Of a stretch of 64,000 bases of DNA, positions 39,524 to 49,692 are shown piece after piece. The stretch comes from a virus, in the IMG/VR virus record IMGVR_UViG_3300027777_000034, positions 8,394 through 72,393 of that record. One strand, written 5' to 3'. A program made the position numbers and the translations under genes. The notes below the pieces were generated by a model, which ran no database searches, was not told where the DNA came from, and worked only from the letters and a program-made list of their open reading frames with translations. The first letter of the stretch is position 1. Each line of letters begins with the position of its first letter.

Positions 39524-41512
39524 TGGGATTAATTCCAAAGTCTGGAGAAGATTCACCACATACAGCTATAGTTAGAATAAATTGGGAAATTCTTCCAACA
39601 AATTCTGACGGTTTATATGGATCAAATCAACCAGTTGATGTTGGTTTAATATTGTTTAGAGCAGATGGTTTGTCGTTTCAAGAGTCAAAAAATAAATTAG
39701 AGGCTTTTTTATCTAATGCTGTTAACGACAAAAATTTTGTGCATATTTGGAAAAGAGGACAGACAATATGAAAATTGAAGATTATGGAAATCTTATTATA
39801 AGTTGTAGCAATTGTAATAAGCCACTTGTTGACTTATTTATAACCAATACGGATGCGGACATTTACTGGAAATGTGTTGCAGAATGTTGCTATTGTGGAG
39901 ATAAAAGTTTTGTAAAAGATGTTAAAGGAATTTTTAGGTCAGGTGGATGCGTTACAATAGACAGAGAAAATCCAGATCATTTTACACAAGACACTCTTTT
40001 AACAGACATTGTTACTGAAGACAATAAAGTTATATTTAAAACTCAGAAAGGAAAAAAATAATGTTTTCTGTAATTGGATTTGATAAAAATGGAAAAGAAT
40101 GTGATCATGAAAATTTTTTGTCTCTTGCTAAAAAAAGCACTGATACAGATTTGAAGAGTGAAAAATTTTGGGTTAAAGTTTGTACTAACGGAATAGATTC
40201 TGGAAAACTTTTTGATCCTTCTTCAAGTTTGTTAGAAGACCTAAAGCGTTTTGATAATCACACAGATAAACATAGGTACTCATACAAAAGCGTAAATAAA
40301 GAATGTTTTAACTTTTACATTTCTTATTTATCAACTAACAATTCTTCATTTTTAAAAAATGCTGAAAGGAATATATCATGACTAAAAAATTTAAAAATGC
40401 TTTTTTGAATGAAATTGAAATATATTTTATTGAGGGCAACTGTTCATCTATGTCTTTGAGTGATGTTGCAGAAAAACTCAACAGAGATGTTGAATTTATT
40501 AAAGATGTTTACGACAAGGCTAGAGTTAAAAAAGCTTTAACATTTCAAACAAAACTTGGAAGCGTAGCCATGACAGCAGCACAATCTAGCAAAGGTGATG
40601 ATATTGTTAGATCAAATGAAAATCCTGCTTATATGAAAAAATTTAAAGATAGTATTCATAAAATATGATTTGCAAAAAATATGACAAAGAATATTTTGAA
40701 GATAAAACTTGTTGGGCAGTAGAATTGTCCAATGGTGAAACTATTTATCAAAATGATGGTTTTGATCAGGCTGTTGAGTTTTCTGCTTGGATTAGACTCA
40801 AAGAGTACTTGCACGAAAACAATTTGAAAATAGAAAAAATGTATGTGAGATTTAGATCGAATATTTTTTATCCTTTAGAAGATTATTGTGAAGGATACTT
40901 TTTCTCTATGGGCATCATTGGTATGATGTCTTCTACGGAAAATATAAATTTTTATATATTGGGTTCTATTAAGAAAGATGTTGTTAATATAAAAAAGATA
41001 AAAGTTCCAGAACTAATAATTTTTGATGAAGAAGAAAGAAACATTTCTGATTGTACTGAGCAACAAGTAATTTTAAATACGAAAGAAAATTATGGCAAAG
41101 GAAAGATCTTTAAACAGTAAATATGAATCTAGGCATGGTGGTGGTTGGATAACTCCAGCACAATTTTTGGCTGAGTTAATGTGTGAGCGTTTTGCTAAAC
41201 AAAATCGTCAAGATATACCTCCAAAATTTTGGGATAAACAACCTTGGAAAAAAGAGTTTTTTAAACAACTTTCTTTAGCAAATAAGCTTTTAGAAAAATA
41301 TGATCCAGCATTAGTTTCTAAGGCATTAAGATCACAAGAAGGTAAAAAAATATTTTCTTTAGGTGCTCCTTGGCTAATAAAGCTTATAGAGTTTGAAGAA
41401 TACAAATTCAAGGAAGCAGATGAGAAAAAGGTTGAGCAAGTAGAATCTCTTCCAGTTAAAATGTCTTTTGTTTTAAAGAAGTCAACACTAAGTAAATTAA
41501 AGGATATTGAAA

Positions 41513-43498
41513 ATGAGTGATGAAGTAGAAAAAATAATTAAAGAAGTATCAAAACAATATGGTGCTGGTATTGCAATAAACGCAAGTGATTTACTAGATG
41601 AAGAAAAGCATGTGATACCACTTTCTCCATCTTTAAACCTTGGTTTACATGGCGGTATACCAGAAGGTTCTTGGGTTACATGTTCTGGTCACCCTAAAAG
41701 CGGAAAAGAACAACCTATTTCTGCTATTGTTTATACTCCAAATGGTCCTAAACCAATTGGTGAATTAATGTTAGCAGAGCATGTATGTACACATGATGGC
41801 AACTCAGCAGAAATTCTTGCTATCTATCCACAAGGGATTAAAGATGTTTATCGAATAAGTTTTTCTGATGGAACATTTGCAGAGTGTGGATTGGATCATC
41901 TTTGGTCAATTAAAACAAAAGACCACAAAGATTTTGTTGTTAGACAACTTAAAGATTTTATTAATGATATTTATTACAAATCTGGAAAAGTAGCAAAATA
42001 TTCTATACCAATTTCTACCCCTGCATTATTTAATGAAACAACCAAAGAAATTTCTCCATACATCATGGGTATTTTTCTTGGTGCTGGAATATTTGGAAAA
42101 AATTCAACATATGTAACTCTTGAAAAAGATTTAGATATTATGAATGAAATGTCTGATAGCGATAAAAAATATATAGTTTATGATAATGAATCTAAAAAGA
42201 TTTCTGCTAAAAATTCCAATCCTTTTATAAAGCTTGGGCTTTTTAATATTGCAAATAATCAAAAGTTTATTCCTCCAAAGTATTTGTTTGATGGCGTTTA
42301 TAATCGAACAAAACTAATAACTGGTATTTTAAAAGTCGCTGGATATTTAACCAAAGACAAAAGCTTAACTATTACAGTATCAAGTCAAAGGCTTGCAGAA
42401 GACATTGTTACATTGGTACAATCTTTGGGGGGCATAGGTAACTATTCTGTCCACAAGAACAAAGATTCAAAAAGATATGTTTGTATATTAAAACTTAATA
42501 TTTTACAAAAAAGAAAAAACAAATTTGAAAGAAAAATAACATCTGTAAAAAAAGTAAGAAAAGAAGAGTGTGTTTGTATTACTATAAACACAAAAGATGG
42601 TTTATATTTAACCAATAACTTTATAGTTACACATAATACATTAACCTCACTTTCTTTTGCTGCACAGTGTCAAAAACCTGAGAATGGTGGTAGGCATGTG
42701 TATTATCTGAACATTGAAGGTCGATTGAAGCCTATGAATCTAAAGGGCATAGCTGGCTTAAATTTAGACAAAATGACAATCTATAGGTCTACTCAAGATA
42801 AGATTCTTTCCGCAAAAGACTACCTAAATTTGGCGTTTAAAGCTATTAATACCCATCCAGGAAGTTTGATCATCATAGATAGTGTTTCTGCCCTATGTGA
42901 TGAAAAAGAAATGGATGAAGGGATTGGCTATGAGAATAGAGGGGCTGGCAATAAGCTTTTTGCTGGTTTTTGTAGACAAGCAGCCAATATAGTGCCAGTA
43001 CAAAATTGTATTGTTTGGGCGATTATGCACTTAACGCAATCTCAGGGCATGTATGGCGGTTATACAGAAAAAGGTTCTAGAACATTGCAATATCAAGCAG
43101 ATGTTCAAATGAGAGTTAAATTTGATAAGGCTTGGAATGTTGGGATAGAAGGCAAAGAAAAACAAATTGGACAACAGGTTCATTGGTTAATTGAATCCTG
43201 TGCTTTAGGATCACCAGGAATGGAAATTGATAGCTATATTCGTTACGGCATTGGTATTGATAATACATATGAAGCCATAAATCTTGGTTGTCAACTTGGC
43301 CTTATAGCTAAAGCTGGTGCTTGGATGACACTTGATTTTATGCAAAGACATTTAAAATTGTTAGATTCAAAAGAATGGGATGATGCAACAATAAGAAAAG
43401 TAAAAACTCAAGGTGCAGAAAAACTTTATAGGCTATTACTTGAAAATCCTTTATGGGTAAAAGTTCTTGAGCAAGAAATAAAAGGTCTTCTATCATGA
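41513..43498 (+). CDS. recA: RecA/UvsX-like recombinase containing an intein
   Basis: 'LNLGLHGGIPEG', Walker A GHPKSGK/T interrupted by the intein, Walker B 'IIIDSVSAL', 'YGIGID'. Confidence 0.85.
   Translation: MSDEVEKIIKEVSKQYGAGIAINASDLLDEEKHVIPLSPSLNLGLHGGIPEGSWVTCSGHPKSGKEQPISAIVYTPNGPKPIGELMLAEHVCTHDGNSAEILAIYPQGIKDVYRISFSDGTFAECGLDHLWSIKTKDHKDFVVRQLKDFINDIYYKSGKVAKYSIPISTPALFNETTKEISPYIMGIFLGAGIFGKNSTYVTLEKDLDIMNEMSDSDKKYIVYDNESKKISAKNSNPFIKLGLFNIANNQKFIPPKYLFDGVYNRTKLITGILKVAGYLTKDKSLTITVSSQRLAEDIVTLVQSLGGIGNYSVHKNKDSKRYVCILKLNILQKRKNKFERKITSVKKVRKEECVCITINTKDGLYLTNNFIVTHNTLTSLSFAAQCQKPENGGRHVYYLNIEGRLKPMNLKGIAGLNLDKMTIYRSTQDKILSAKDYLNLAFKAINTHPGSLIIIDSVSALCDEKEMDEGIGYENRGAGNKLFAGFCRQAANIVPVQNCIVWAIMHLTQSQGMYGGYTEKGSRTLQYQADVQMRVKFDKAWNVGIEGKEKQIGQQVHWLIESCALGSPGMEIDSYIRYGIGIDNTYEAINLGCQLGLIAKAGAWMTLDFMQRHLKLLDSKEWDDATIRKVKTQGAEKLYRLLLENPLWVKVLEQEIKGLLS
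41708..42637 (+). mobile_element. Class 3-type intein (310 aa) with degenerate LAGLIDADG domain
   Basis: Starts EQPISAIVYTPNG, block B 'DHLW', block F 'ECVCITI', ends 'FIVTHN' before Thr+1. Confidence 0.85.
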
Positions 43499-43899
43499 AA
43501 ATAAAAGGTTTAGATGGAAGAATGCATTCTTGGTCATTCTATGGTCAAATGCCAGATATAAGCGATGAAAGAAAAAGATCTGAATTACACATAAGAACAA
43601 GAGCCTTGCTTAAATCTTTATATCCAGTAGATAGAATACTTGAAGAAGTTCATTTGCCTGGTTCTGGAAATTTGTACGCAGATTTTTGGTTGCCATTAAG
43701 AAATAAGATGATAGAAGTTCATGGGGAACAACATTATAAATTTGTTCCTTTCTTTCATGGAACACAGCTAAACTTTTTAGCATCAAAGGCGAATGACAAC
43801 AAGAAGAGAGAATGGTGTTTAATCAACGGAATAGTTCTTGTGGAGTTACCATTTAATGAATCAACCGAGCAGTGGCAGTCAAGAATTGAACTTGACTGA
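43495..43899 (+). CDS. Vsr/DUF559-like endonuclease
   Basis: 'EEV...YADFWLP...IEVHGEQHY...DNKKREWC..NGI'. Confidence 0.7.
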   Translation: MKIKGLDGRMHSWSFYGQMPDISDERKRSELHIRTRALLKSLYPVDRILEEVHLPGSGNLYADFWLPLRNKMIEVHGEQHYKFVPFFHGTQLNFLASKANDNKKREWCLINGIVLVELPFNESTEQWQSRIELD

Positions 43900-44779
43900 A
43901 GAACAAAAGATTGATCTTGCTTTAGAAAAATACGAATTGACCATTGGGTTAACACCAATTCCTTCTGACAAAGAGTTTACATGCATAAAATACTTATACT
44001 TATCGCAGGATGATTTATCAAAAATGAGCAGTGAACAATGCTCAGAGTCATGTGTTTTACTTAATAGCTTTTCTTTTCATATAAGCAGAGTTATAAATAA
44101 AGAAAAAACAAAATTAAGGTGGTGTAATGAAAAGATTTTAAGTGTTATAGCAAATAATCTTTCAGACTACAGATATTTTTCAGCAGAAGAAAGAATGGCT
44201 TTATGCATAAAAGATAATGATTATGCAAAAAAAATAAAAAAACTTTCTACTTTAATACAAGCAAGAATAGATAGAATTGAATATTTGCCGATTAGACTTG
44301 AAAAAGTTGCTGAATCTTTGTTAAATTTAGCTTACTCAAAAAGGAGAAACAATGAATCTCGTTAACATGTTGAAAACAGCAGTTGAAAATAAAGATTGGG
44401 CATTAGTGTCAAAAGCATTAGATATTTTAACTGGTGATGAAGAATTTATTGTTTTAACACATCAACCATCTACTCCAGCTAAACAAGTTAATTTTTCATC
44501 TAATAAAGCTTCTGTCAGTAGTAAGTCTTTAGTTCCACCAACAGCCAATAAGTTTGTTGATGATTTAACACTTGAATCGGGCTTTATAGAAAAGAGTCAA
44601 AAAGTTTCTAATAAAAGTTATAGACAACCATTTAAAGAAGGCGATCATTTTTGCGAAGTAAAATGCTCTAAGTGTGGATGCGGTATGAAGGTAACAAAAG
44701 AAGAACACAAGTTTAGAACAATTGATTCTGAGTCAGCACCATTTACATGCATTAAGTGCATTAGAAATTCGAGTAGATA

Positions 44780-46243
44780 ATGAACGATGTTGCATCTGAA
44801 AGAGTTATATTGGCTGCTCTTTTTCAAAAAGGCTATGATTGCTATATTGAAATTTGTGATATTGTTGATGAAAACAGTTTTAGTTCTGATGAAACATCTG
44901 CGATATATAAATGCTTGGTAAAAATAGTAAATGAAAAAGATTCAAAAGCCGATATACCATCAATTATAGCTGTAGCAAATTCTTTAAAAATACAGCAATT
45001 TTTTCAAAAAGATGATCAGGCTAAGTATCTTAGGTCTTTAACATTATTGCCAGTTGAAATAGTTAATGCTAAAAAGGCAGCAGCAAAATTAAAAAAGATG
45101 CAAATTGCTAAGACTTTAGCATACAACTTATCTAATTGTGCAACTGAATTATTAGGCATGACAGGAGATGAGCCTATTTCACAAATAGTTTCTCTTGCAG
45201 AAGCAACTGTATTAGATCAAACTTTTAAAATTTCAAATGCAGAAGACCCAAGCCCAAAAGAAATATCTGAAGGTTTAGATGATTATGTAAAATTTCTAGA
45301 AGATAATCCAATATCTCAACTTGGTATTTCATCAGGGTTTAAAGTTTATGATAGGGCTATTGGGGGCGGTCTTAGGCCAGGAACAGTTAATTTAATTGGT
45401 GCAAGAATGAAAACAGGCAAATCATTTTTTGCAGATAATGTTGCAATGAATGTTGCTAAACAAGGTATACCTGTTTTAATGTTTGACACTGAAATGACAG
45501 CGAAGGATCATTGGCATAGATTATTGGCTTGTATTGGAAATATTAAAATTGAAGAAATTGAAAATGGTTCTTTTTCAAAAGATTCATCAAAAAAGAAAAG
45601 AGTTCACGATGCTTCAAAAGCATTGAAAGATATGCCGTTTAAGTACAAGTCCATTGCTGGAAAAAGTTTTGATGAAGTTTTAAGTCTTGCTAGAAGGTGG
45701 GTTATAAAAGATGTTGGTTTAGATGATTTTGGTAAAGCAAAGCCATGTTTGATAGTTTTAGATTATATAAAATTGATGGATGATGGAACAATATCAAAAA
45801 ATATTGCTGAATATCAAGCGTTGGGTTTTTTAATGACAAGCTTACACAATTTTATGGTTCAGTATGGTGTCGCTTGTTTAGCCTTTACTCAATTGAATAG
45901 AGATGGCATAACAAGAGAAGATACAGATGTTGCATCAGGGTCCGATAGAATTTTGTGGTTGTGCAGCAATTTTTCAATATATAAGCGTAAAACGGAAGAG
46001 GAAATGGCAGATGAAAGCGTTTCTCAGAATAATGTTTCATATAATTTAAAACTAATACCAGTTGTTGCAAGACATGGTAAAGGGATTGATGCTGGTGATT
46101 ACATAAACATATCTGGAAATTATGAATATGGAAGAATAACAGAAGGACCAACTAGAAATGAATTTCATCAACTTAGATCAACAAGAATTAATAACGGTTT
46201 TCAAATAGAGGAATTACCAGATGAAATCTCAGCAACAAATTGA
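44780..46243 (+). CDS. dnaB: Replicative DNA helicase
   Basis: 'GGGLRPG', Walker A 'GARMKTGKS', 'DTEM', 'VLDYIKL', 'TQLNR'. Confidence 0.9.
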   Translation: MNDVASERVILAALFQKGYDCYIEICDIVDENSFSSDETSAIYKCLVKIVNEKDSKADIPSIIAVANSLKIQQFFQKDDQAKYLRSLTLLPVEIVNAKKAAAKLKKMQIAKTLAYNLSNCATELLGMTGDEPISQIVSLAEATVLDQTFKISNAEDPSPKEISEGLDDYVKFLEDNPISQLGISSGFKVYDRAIGGGLRPGTVNLIGARMKTGKSFFADNVAMNVAKQGIPVLMFDTEMTAKDHWHRLLACIGNIKIEEIENGSFSKDSSKKKRVHDASKALKDMPFKYKSIAGKSFDEVLSLARRWVIKDVGLDDFGKAKPCLIVLDYIKLMDDGTISKNIAEYQALGFLMTSLHNFMVQYGVACLAFTQLNRDGITREDTDVASGSDRILWLCSNFSIYKRKTEEEMADESVSQNNVSYNLKLIPVVARHGKGIDAGDYINISGNYEYGRITEGPTRNEFHQLRSTRINNGFQIEELPDEISATN

Positions 46244-47336
46244 TTTTAAATTAGCAAATAAAATAATTTCAAAAAACATAGATGTTGTTTTAAATCACTT
46301 CGATATTGAATTAAATTATACAGATGCTTATCTTTCTGGTCCATGCCCAATACATGGTGGAGATAATAAGACTGCATTTAATATTTTTACATCTGGTAAT
46401 ACGCATGTTGGAAATTGGATATGTTACACGCACCATTGTGAAAAAAGTTTTATAAATAATACCATTGGTTTTATTAGAGGTTTGATAAGTCATAGTAAAT
46501 ATAATTGGTCAAAATCTGGAGACAAAATAGCATCATTTGCAGAAACATTGTACTTAATAAAAAGTTTGTACGACTTTTCAATTGATGATACTTTATCTAC
46601 AAATAAACCTAAAAACATATTAGAATCTTCTGCATTTACAAAGACTACAAGAGAAAAACAAGATAAGTGGAGTAAGACTTCTGTGAGATCAAGCTTATTA
46701 ATACCATCTAAATATTATCTTTCTAGGGGTTACACTGAAGAATGCTTAAATAATTATGACATAGGAGAGTCTAATTCTTCTGTTGGAATTTTTAAAGATA
46801 GAGTAGTTGTTCCAGTGTATGACACAGATGGGAAATTTATAGTTGGATTCACAGGAAGAACAAAGTATAAAAAGTGTGAAGCATGTAAACATTATCATGA
46901 ACAAGAAGCTAGTTGCAATGGTTATGTTCATATGTCTAAATGGTGTCACAATAAAGGTTTTTCTAAGAAAGATTATTTATATAATTATAATTTTGCAATT
47001 GAATCTATTAAAAAAACTGGTGTTGCTATATTGGTAGAAGGACCAGGAGATGTATGGAGAATTGCTGAATCTGGAATTAAAAATTCATTAGCTGTATTTG
47101 GATCGTCTTTAACAGATGCACAACAGATTTTATTAGAGTCATCTGGAGCTTTGCACTTAATACTATTATTTGATTCAGATGAGGCTGGTTTAAAGGCTGG
47201 TAATAGCATAGAATCTTCTCTTGGTAGAATGTTTAAAATAATTAAACCAAAATTGCCCAATGGTTTTAAAGATATTGGTGAGATGAGTGTGCATGATGTT
47301 AAAAGTTTTTTAGTGCCTATTATGGAAAAAATATGA
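46221..47336 (+). CDS. dnaG: DnaG-type DNA primase
   Basis: Zn-binding 'CPIHGGDN...CYTHHC', 'RVVVPV...GFTGR', TOPRIM 'VEGPGD' and 'FDSDEAG'. Confidence 0.85.
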   Translation: MKSQQQIDFKLANKIISKNIDVVLNHFDIELNYTDAYLSGPCPIHGGDNKTAFNIFTSGNTHVGNWICYTHHCEKSFINNTIGFIRGLISHSKYNWSKSGDKIASFAETLYLIKSLYDFSIDDTLSTNKPKNILESSAFTKTTREKQDKWSKTSVRSSLLIPSKYYLSRGYTEECLNNYDIGESNSSVGIFKDRVVVPVYDTDGKFIVGFTGRTKYKKCEACKHYHEQEASCNGYVHMSKWCHNKGFSKKDYLYNYNFAIESIKKTGVAILVEGPGDVWRIAESGIKNSLAVFGSSLTDAQQILLESSGALHLILLFDSDEAGLKAGNSIESSLGRMFKIIKPKLPNGFKDIGEMSVHDVKSFLVPIMEKI

Positions 47337-47980
47337 TACAAAAAATAATTGGATTTTCTGGAAAAAAAGGTTCTGGCAAAGACACTATTGCTGGATTTCT
47401 TTCCTTTAATTCTGTGGCTCTTTTTGGTTGTAGTTCATCCATTTATTCTTTTGCACAACCAATGAAAAAAATAGCTATTGATTTTTTTGGATTAAGGCAC
47501 AAACAAGTTTTTGGATCATTTGAAGATAAAAAAACTTTGACAAACTATTTATGGGAAGATCTTCCACATTACGAAGAAATTAAAATTCGAGAAGAAGTAG
47601 CTCCAACAGGCAAAATGACAGCTAGAGAATTTTTGCAGGAATTTGGAACTGGTATAGCCAGAAGAATGTGTAAAGATGTACACATAAATGCTTGTTTTAA
47701 CGAAATAAGAAATGGTCATTGTCCATTGAATTTTATTACTGATGCAAGATTTGAAAATGAAATAGATAGTATTAAAGCAAACGGTGGAATTGTGATAAGG
47801 TTAACAAAAAGCACAGAAGATGATTACCACATAAGCGAAAATGAGTTGGACAATAGTGAAAAATTTGATATTGTTTTAGACAATCAAAAAATGACAAAAG
47901 AAGAACAAAAAACAGAAATTTTAAAAATTCTTAAGAAATTAGATTGGATAAAGAGTGATTATAACTTACTTAAGGTCTAG
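47333..47980 (+). CDS. Deoxynucleoside monophosphate kinase
   Basis: 'GFSGKKGSGKDT', 'REFLQEFGT', 'TDARFENE', 'HISE'. Confidence 0.85.
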   Translation: MIQKIIGFSGKKGSGKDTIAGFLSFNSVALFGCSSSIYSFAQPMKKIAIDFFGLRHKQVFGSFEDKKTLTNYLWEDLPHYEEIKIREEVAPTGKMTAREFLQEFGTGIARRMCKDVHINACFNEIRNGHCPLNFITDARFENEIDSIKANGGIVIRLTKSTEDDYHISENELDNSEKFDIVLDNQKMTKEEQKTEILKILKKLDWIKSDYNLLKV

Positions 47981-48983
47981 TTCTGTATCATCATACTCTT
48001 GGTGTCAACACAAGTATTGGTTAACCTACAATCTTGGGTTTAAAGATGACTCCAATAAAAAAGCAGAAAAGGGCAATGTTGTACATAAAGGTTTAGAATT
48101 GTTGGCAAATAAAAAGCTTTGCCTACAAAATGGAACAATTTCGTTTTCTGATTCTGAATTAGGTATGGAATTTATAACATCAGAAATGTCACCAGAAACA
48201 GCAATATTGGCTGGTTTTAATCATTATAAAAACAAAAGCACACATGAGTGGACAGATGTTGATTTTAAAGAATGCACTAAGTGGTTGTGGGATGTTTTAT
48301 TATTTAATAATGGCATGTTTTCACCATTAACTAGAAATATTGTGATGCCAGAACAGTATTTTGATATTGAAATTGATAAACCTTGGGCAAATTATGATTA
48401 TTTTCTTCCAGATGGGCAAATAATTTCTGGAAAGTTGCGAATAAAAGGAACTATGGACTTAATAACAAGGGTTGATTCAAAAACAGTAGAATATGTTGAT
48501 TGGAAAACAGGAGAAAGAAAGAATTGGTCAACAGGAAAAGAGAAGGGTTATGATGATTTATACAATGATTTTCAGCTTAGATTGTACCATTATGCTTTAA
48601 ATGAATTGTACCCAAATGAAAATATGATAATTATGACAATATTTTTTGTTAAAGCTGGTGGACCATTTTCTTTGTGTTTTCAAAAAGATGATATAAAAAC
48701 AACCGAAGAAATGATAAAAAAAGAATTTGAAAAAATTAAGAATTGCAATAAACCATCAAGAATAATAGACTATGGAAAAGACAAATGGAAATGCATTAGA
48801 CTTTGTAGTTTTTACAAAGATAAGCATAAAGATTCTGAAAATAATTCAATATGCGACCATATGCATCAAGAATTGATACAACTTGGTATTAACAATGCGT
48901 ATGTTAAACATGCCAAAAAAGATACTGTAAAATCTTATGGCGATGGTGGCGGTCAATCTAATAGGGAGAATCAAAATGGCTGA
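47955..48983 (+). CDS. PD-(D/E)XK exonuclease (Cas4/RecB-like)
   Basis: 'GNVVHKGLE', 'KGTMDL...VDWKTG', 'QLRLY', Cys at both termini. Confidence 0.8.
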   Translation: MIITYLRSSSVSSYSWCQHKYWLTYNLGFKDDSNKKAEKGNVVHKGLELLANKKLCLQNGTISFSDSELGMEFITSEMSPETAILAGFNHYKNKSTHEWTDVDFKECTKWLWDVLLFNNGMFSPLTRNIVMPEQYFDIEIDKPWANYDYFLPDGQIISGKLRIKGTMDLITRVDSKTVEYVDWKTGERKNWSTGKEKGYDDLYNDFQLRLYHYALNELYPNENMIIMTIFFVKAGGPFSLCFQKDDIKTTEEMIKKEFEKIKNCNKPSRIIDYGKDKWKCIRLCSFYKDKHKDSENNSICDHMHQELIQLGINNAYVKHAKKDTVKSYGDGGGQSNRENQNG

Positions 48984-49674
48984 TTGGAGATGGGAAGATA
49001 TTGTTTTTACTAATAAAAAAGAAGAAGTTACAACGACATCAACTTCTGCACCAGAAACTGTTAAATATGAATCTAAGTACAATGGAGAAAAAGTTCTTGT
49101 TATTAAAACTGATATATTAAAAAATGATTCTTTTCAAGGATTTATTACTGGAATTGAAGCAAAAAAATTGCGTGATAAAATTCTTTCAGTAGACAATATA
49201 TTTTATATTGATCGTAATATTGCAGAAAATGATAAATCTTATAAACAAGTTATACCATACTGTTTGATCAATCGTGGAGATTCAACATTTTGTTATCAAA
49301 GATCTAAAAAAGCATCTGAAAATAGATTGCATGATTTATGGTCATTGGGCGTTGGTGGGCATGTTAACCCATGCGATGGATTGAATAGTGAAACTATTAC
49401 CAATGCGTGTAAAAGAGAAATTGAAGAAGAGGTAGAGTTTTCAAATTTAAAAAATGCAAACTTTGTAGGACTGATAAACGATGATTCAAATGATGTAAGT
49501 TCTGTTCATTTTGGGATTGTTTACAGTGTAAATCTTCAAGATCATTCAACCTTTAAGGTTAAAGAAGAAGCATTAGCAGAAGGTTCTTTTGTTAAAAAAG
49601 ATATTATTAAAGTTGAAGAAAAGAACTGGGAAAATTGGTCTAGTTTAATTGTAAAAGAATATTTAAGAAAGTAA
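48976..49674 (+). CDS. NUDIX-family phosphoesterase
   Basis: 'ENDKSYKQVIPY', 'SLGVGGHVN', 'REIEEEV', 'VHFGIV'. Confidence 0.8.
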   Translation: MADWRWEDIVFTNKKEEVTTTSTSAPETVKYESKYNGEKVLVIKTDILKNDSFQGFITGIEAKKLRDKILSVDNIFYIDRNIAENDKSYKQVIPYCLINRGDSTFCYQRSKKASENRLHDLWSLGVGGHVNPCDGLNSETITNACKREIEEEVEFSNLKNANFVGLINDDSNDVSSVHFGIVYSVNLQDHSTFKVKEEALAEGSFVKKDIIKVEEKNWENWSSLIVKEYLRK

Positions 49675-49692
49675 AATTTTTAGGAACAGCAC

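Noticed and set aside
47955-48983. CRISPR-Cas system (Cas4-like gene)
   Set aside because: No repeat-spacer array or other cas genes seen; stand-alone Cas4-like nucleases are common in phage replication modules.
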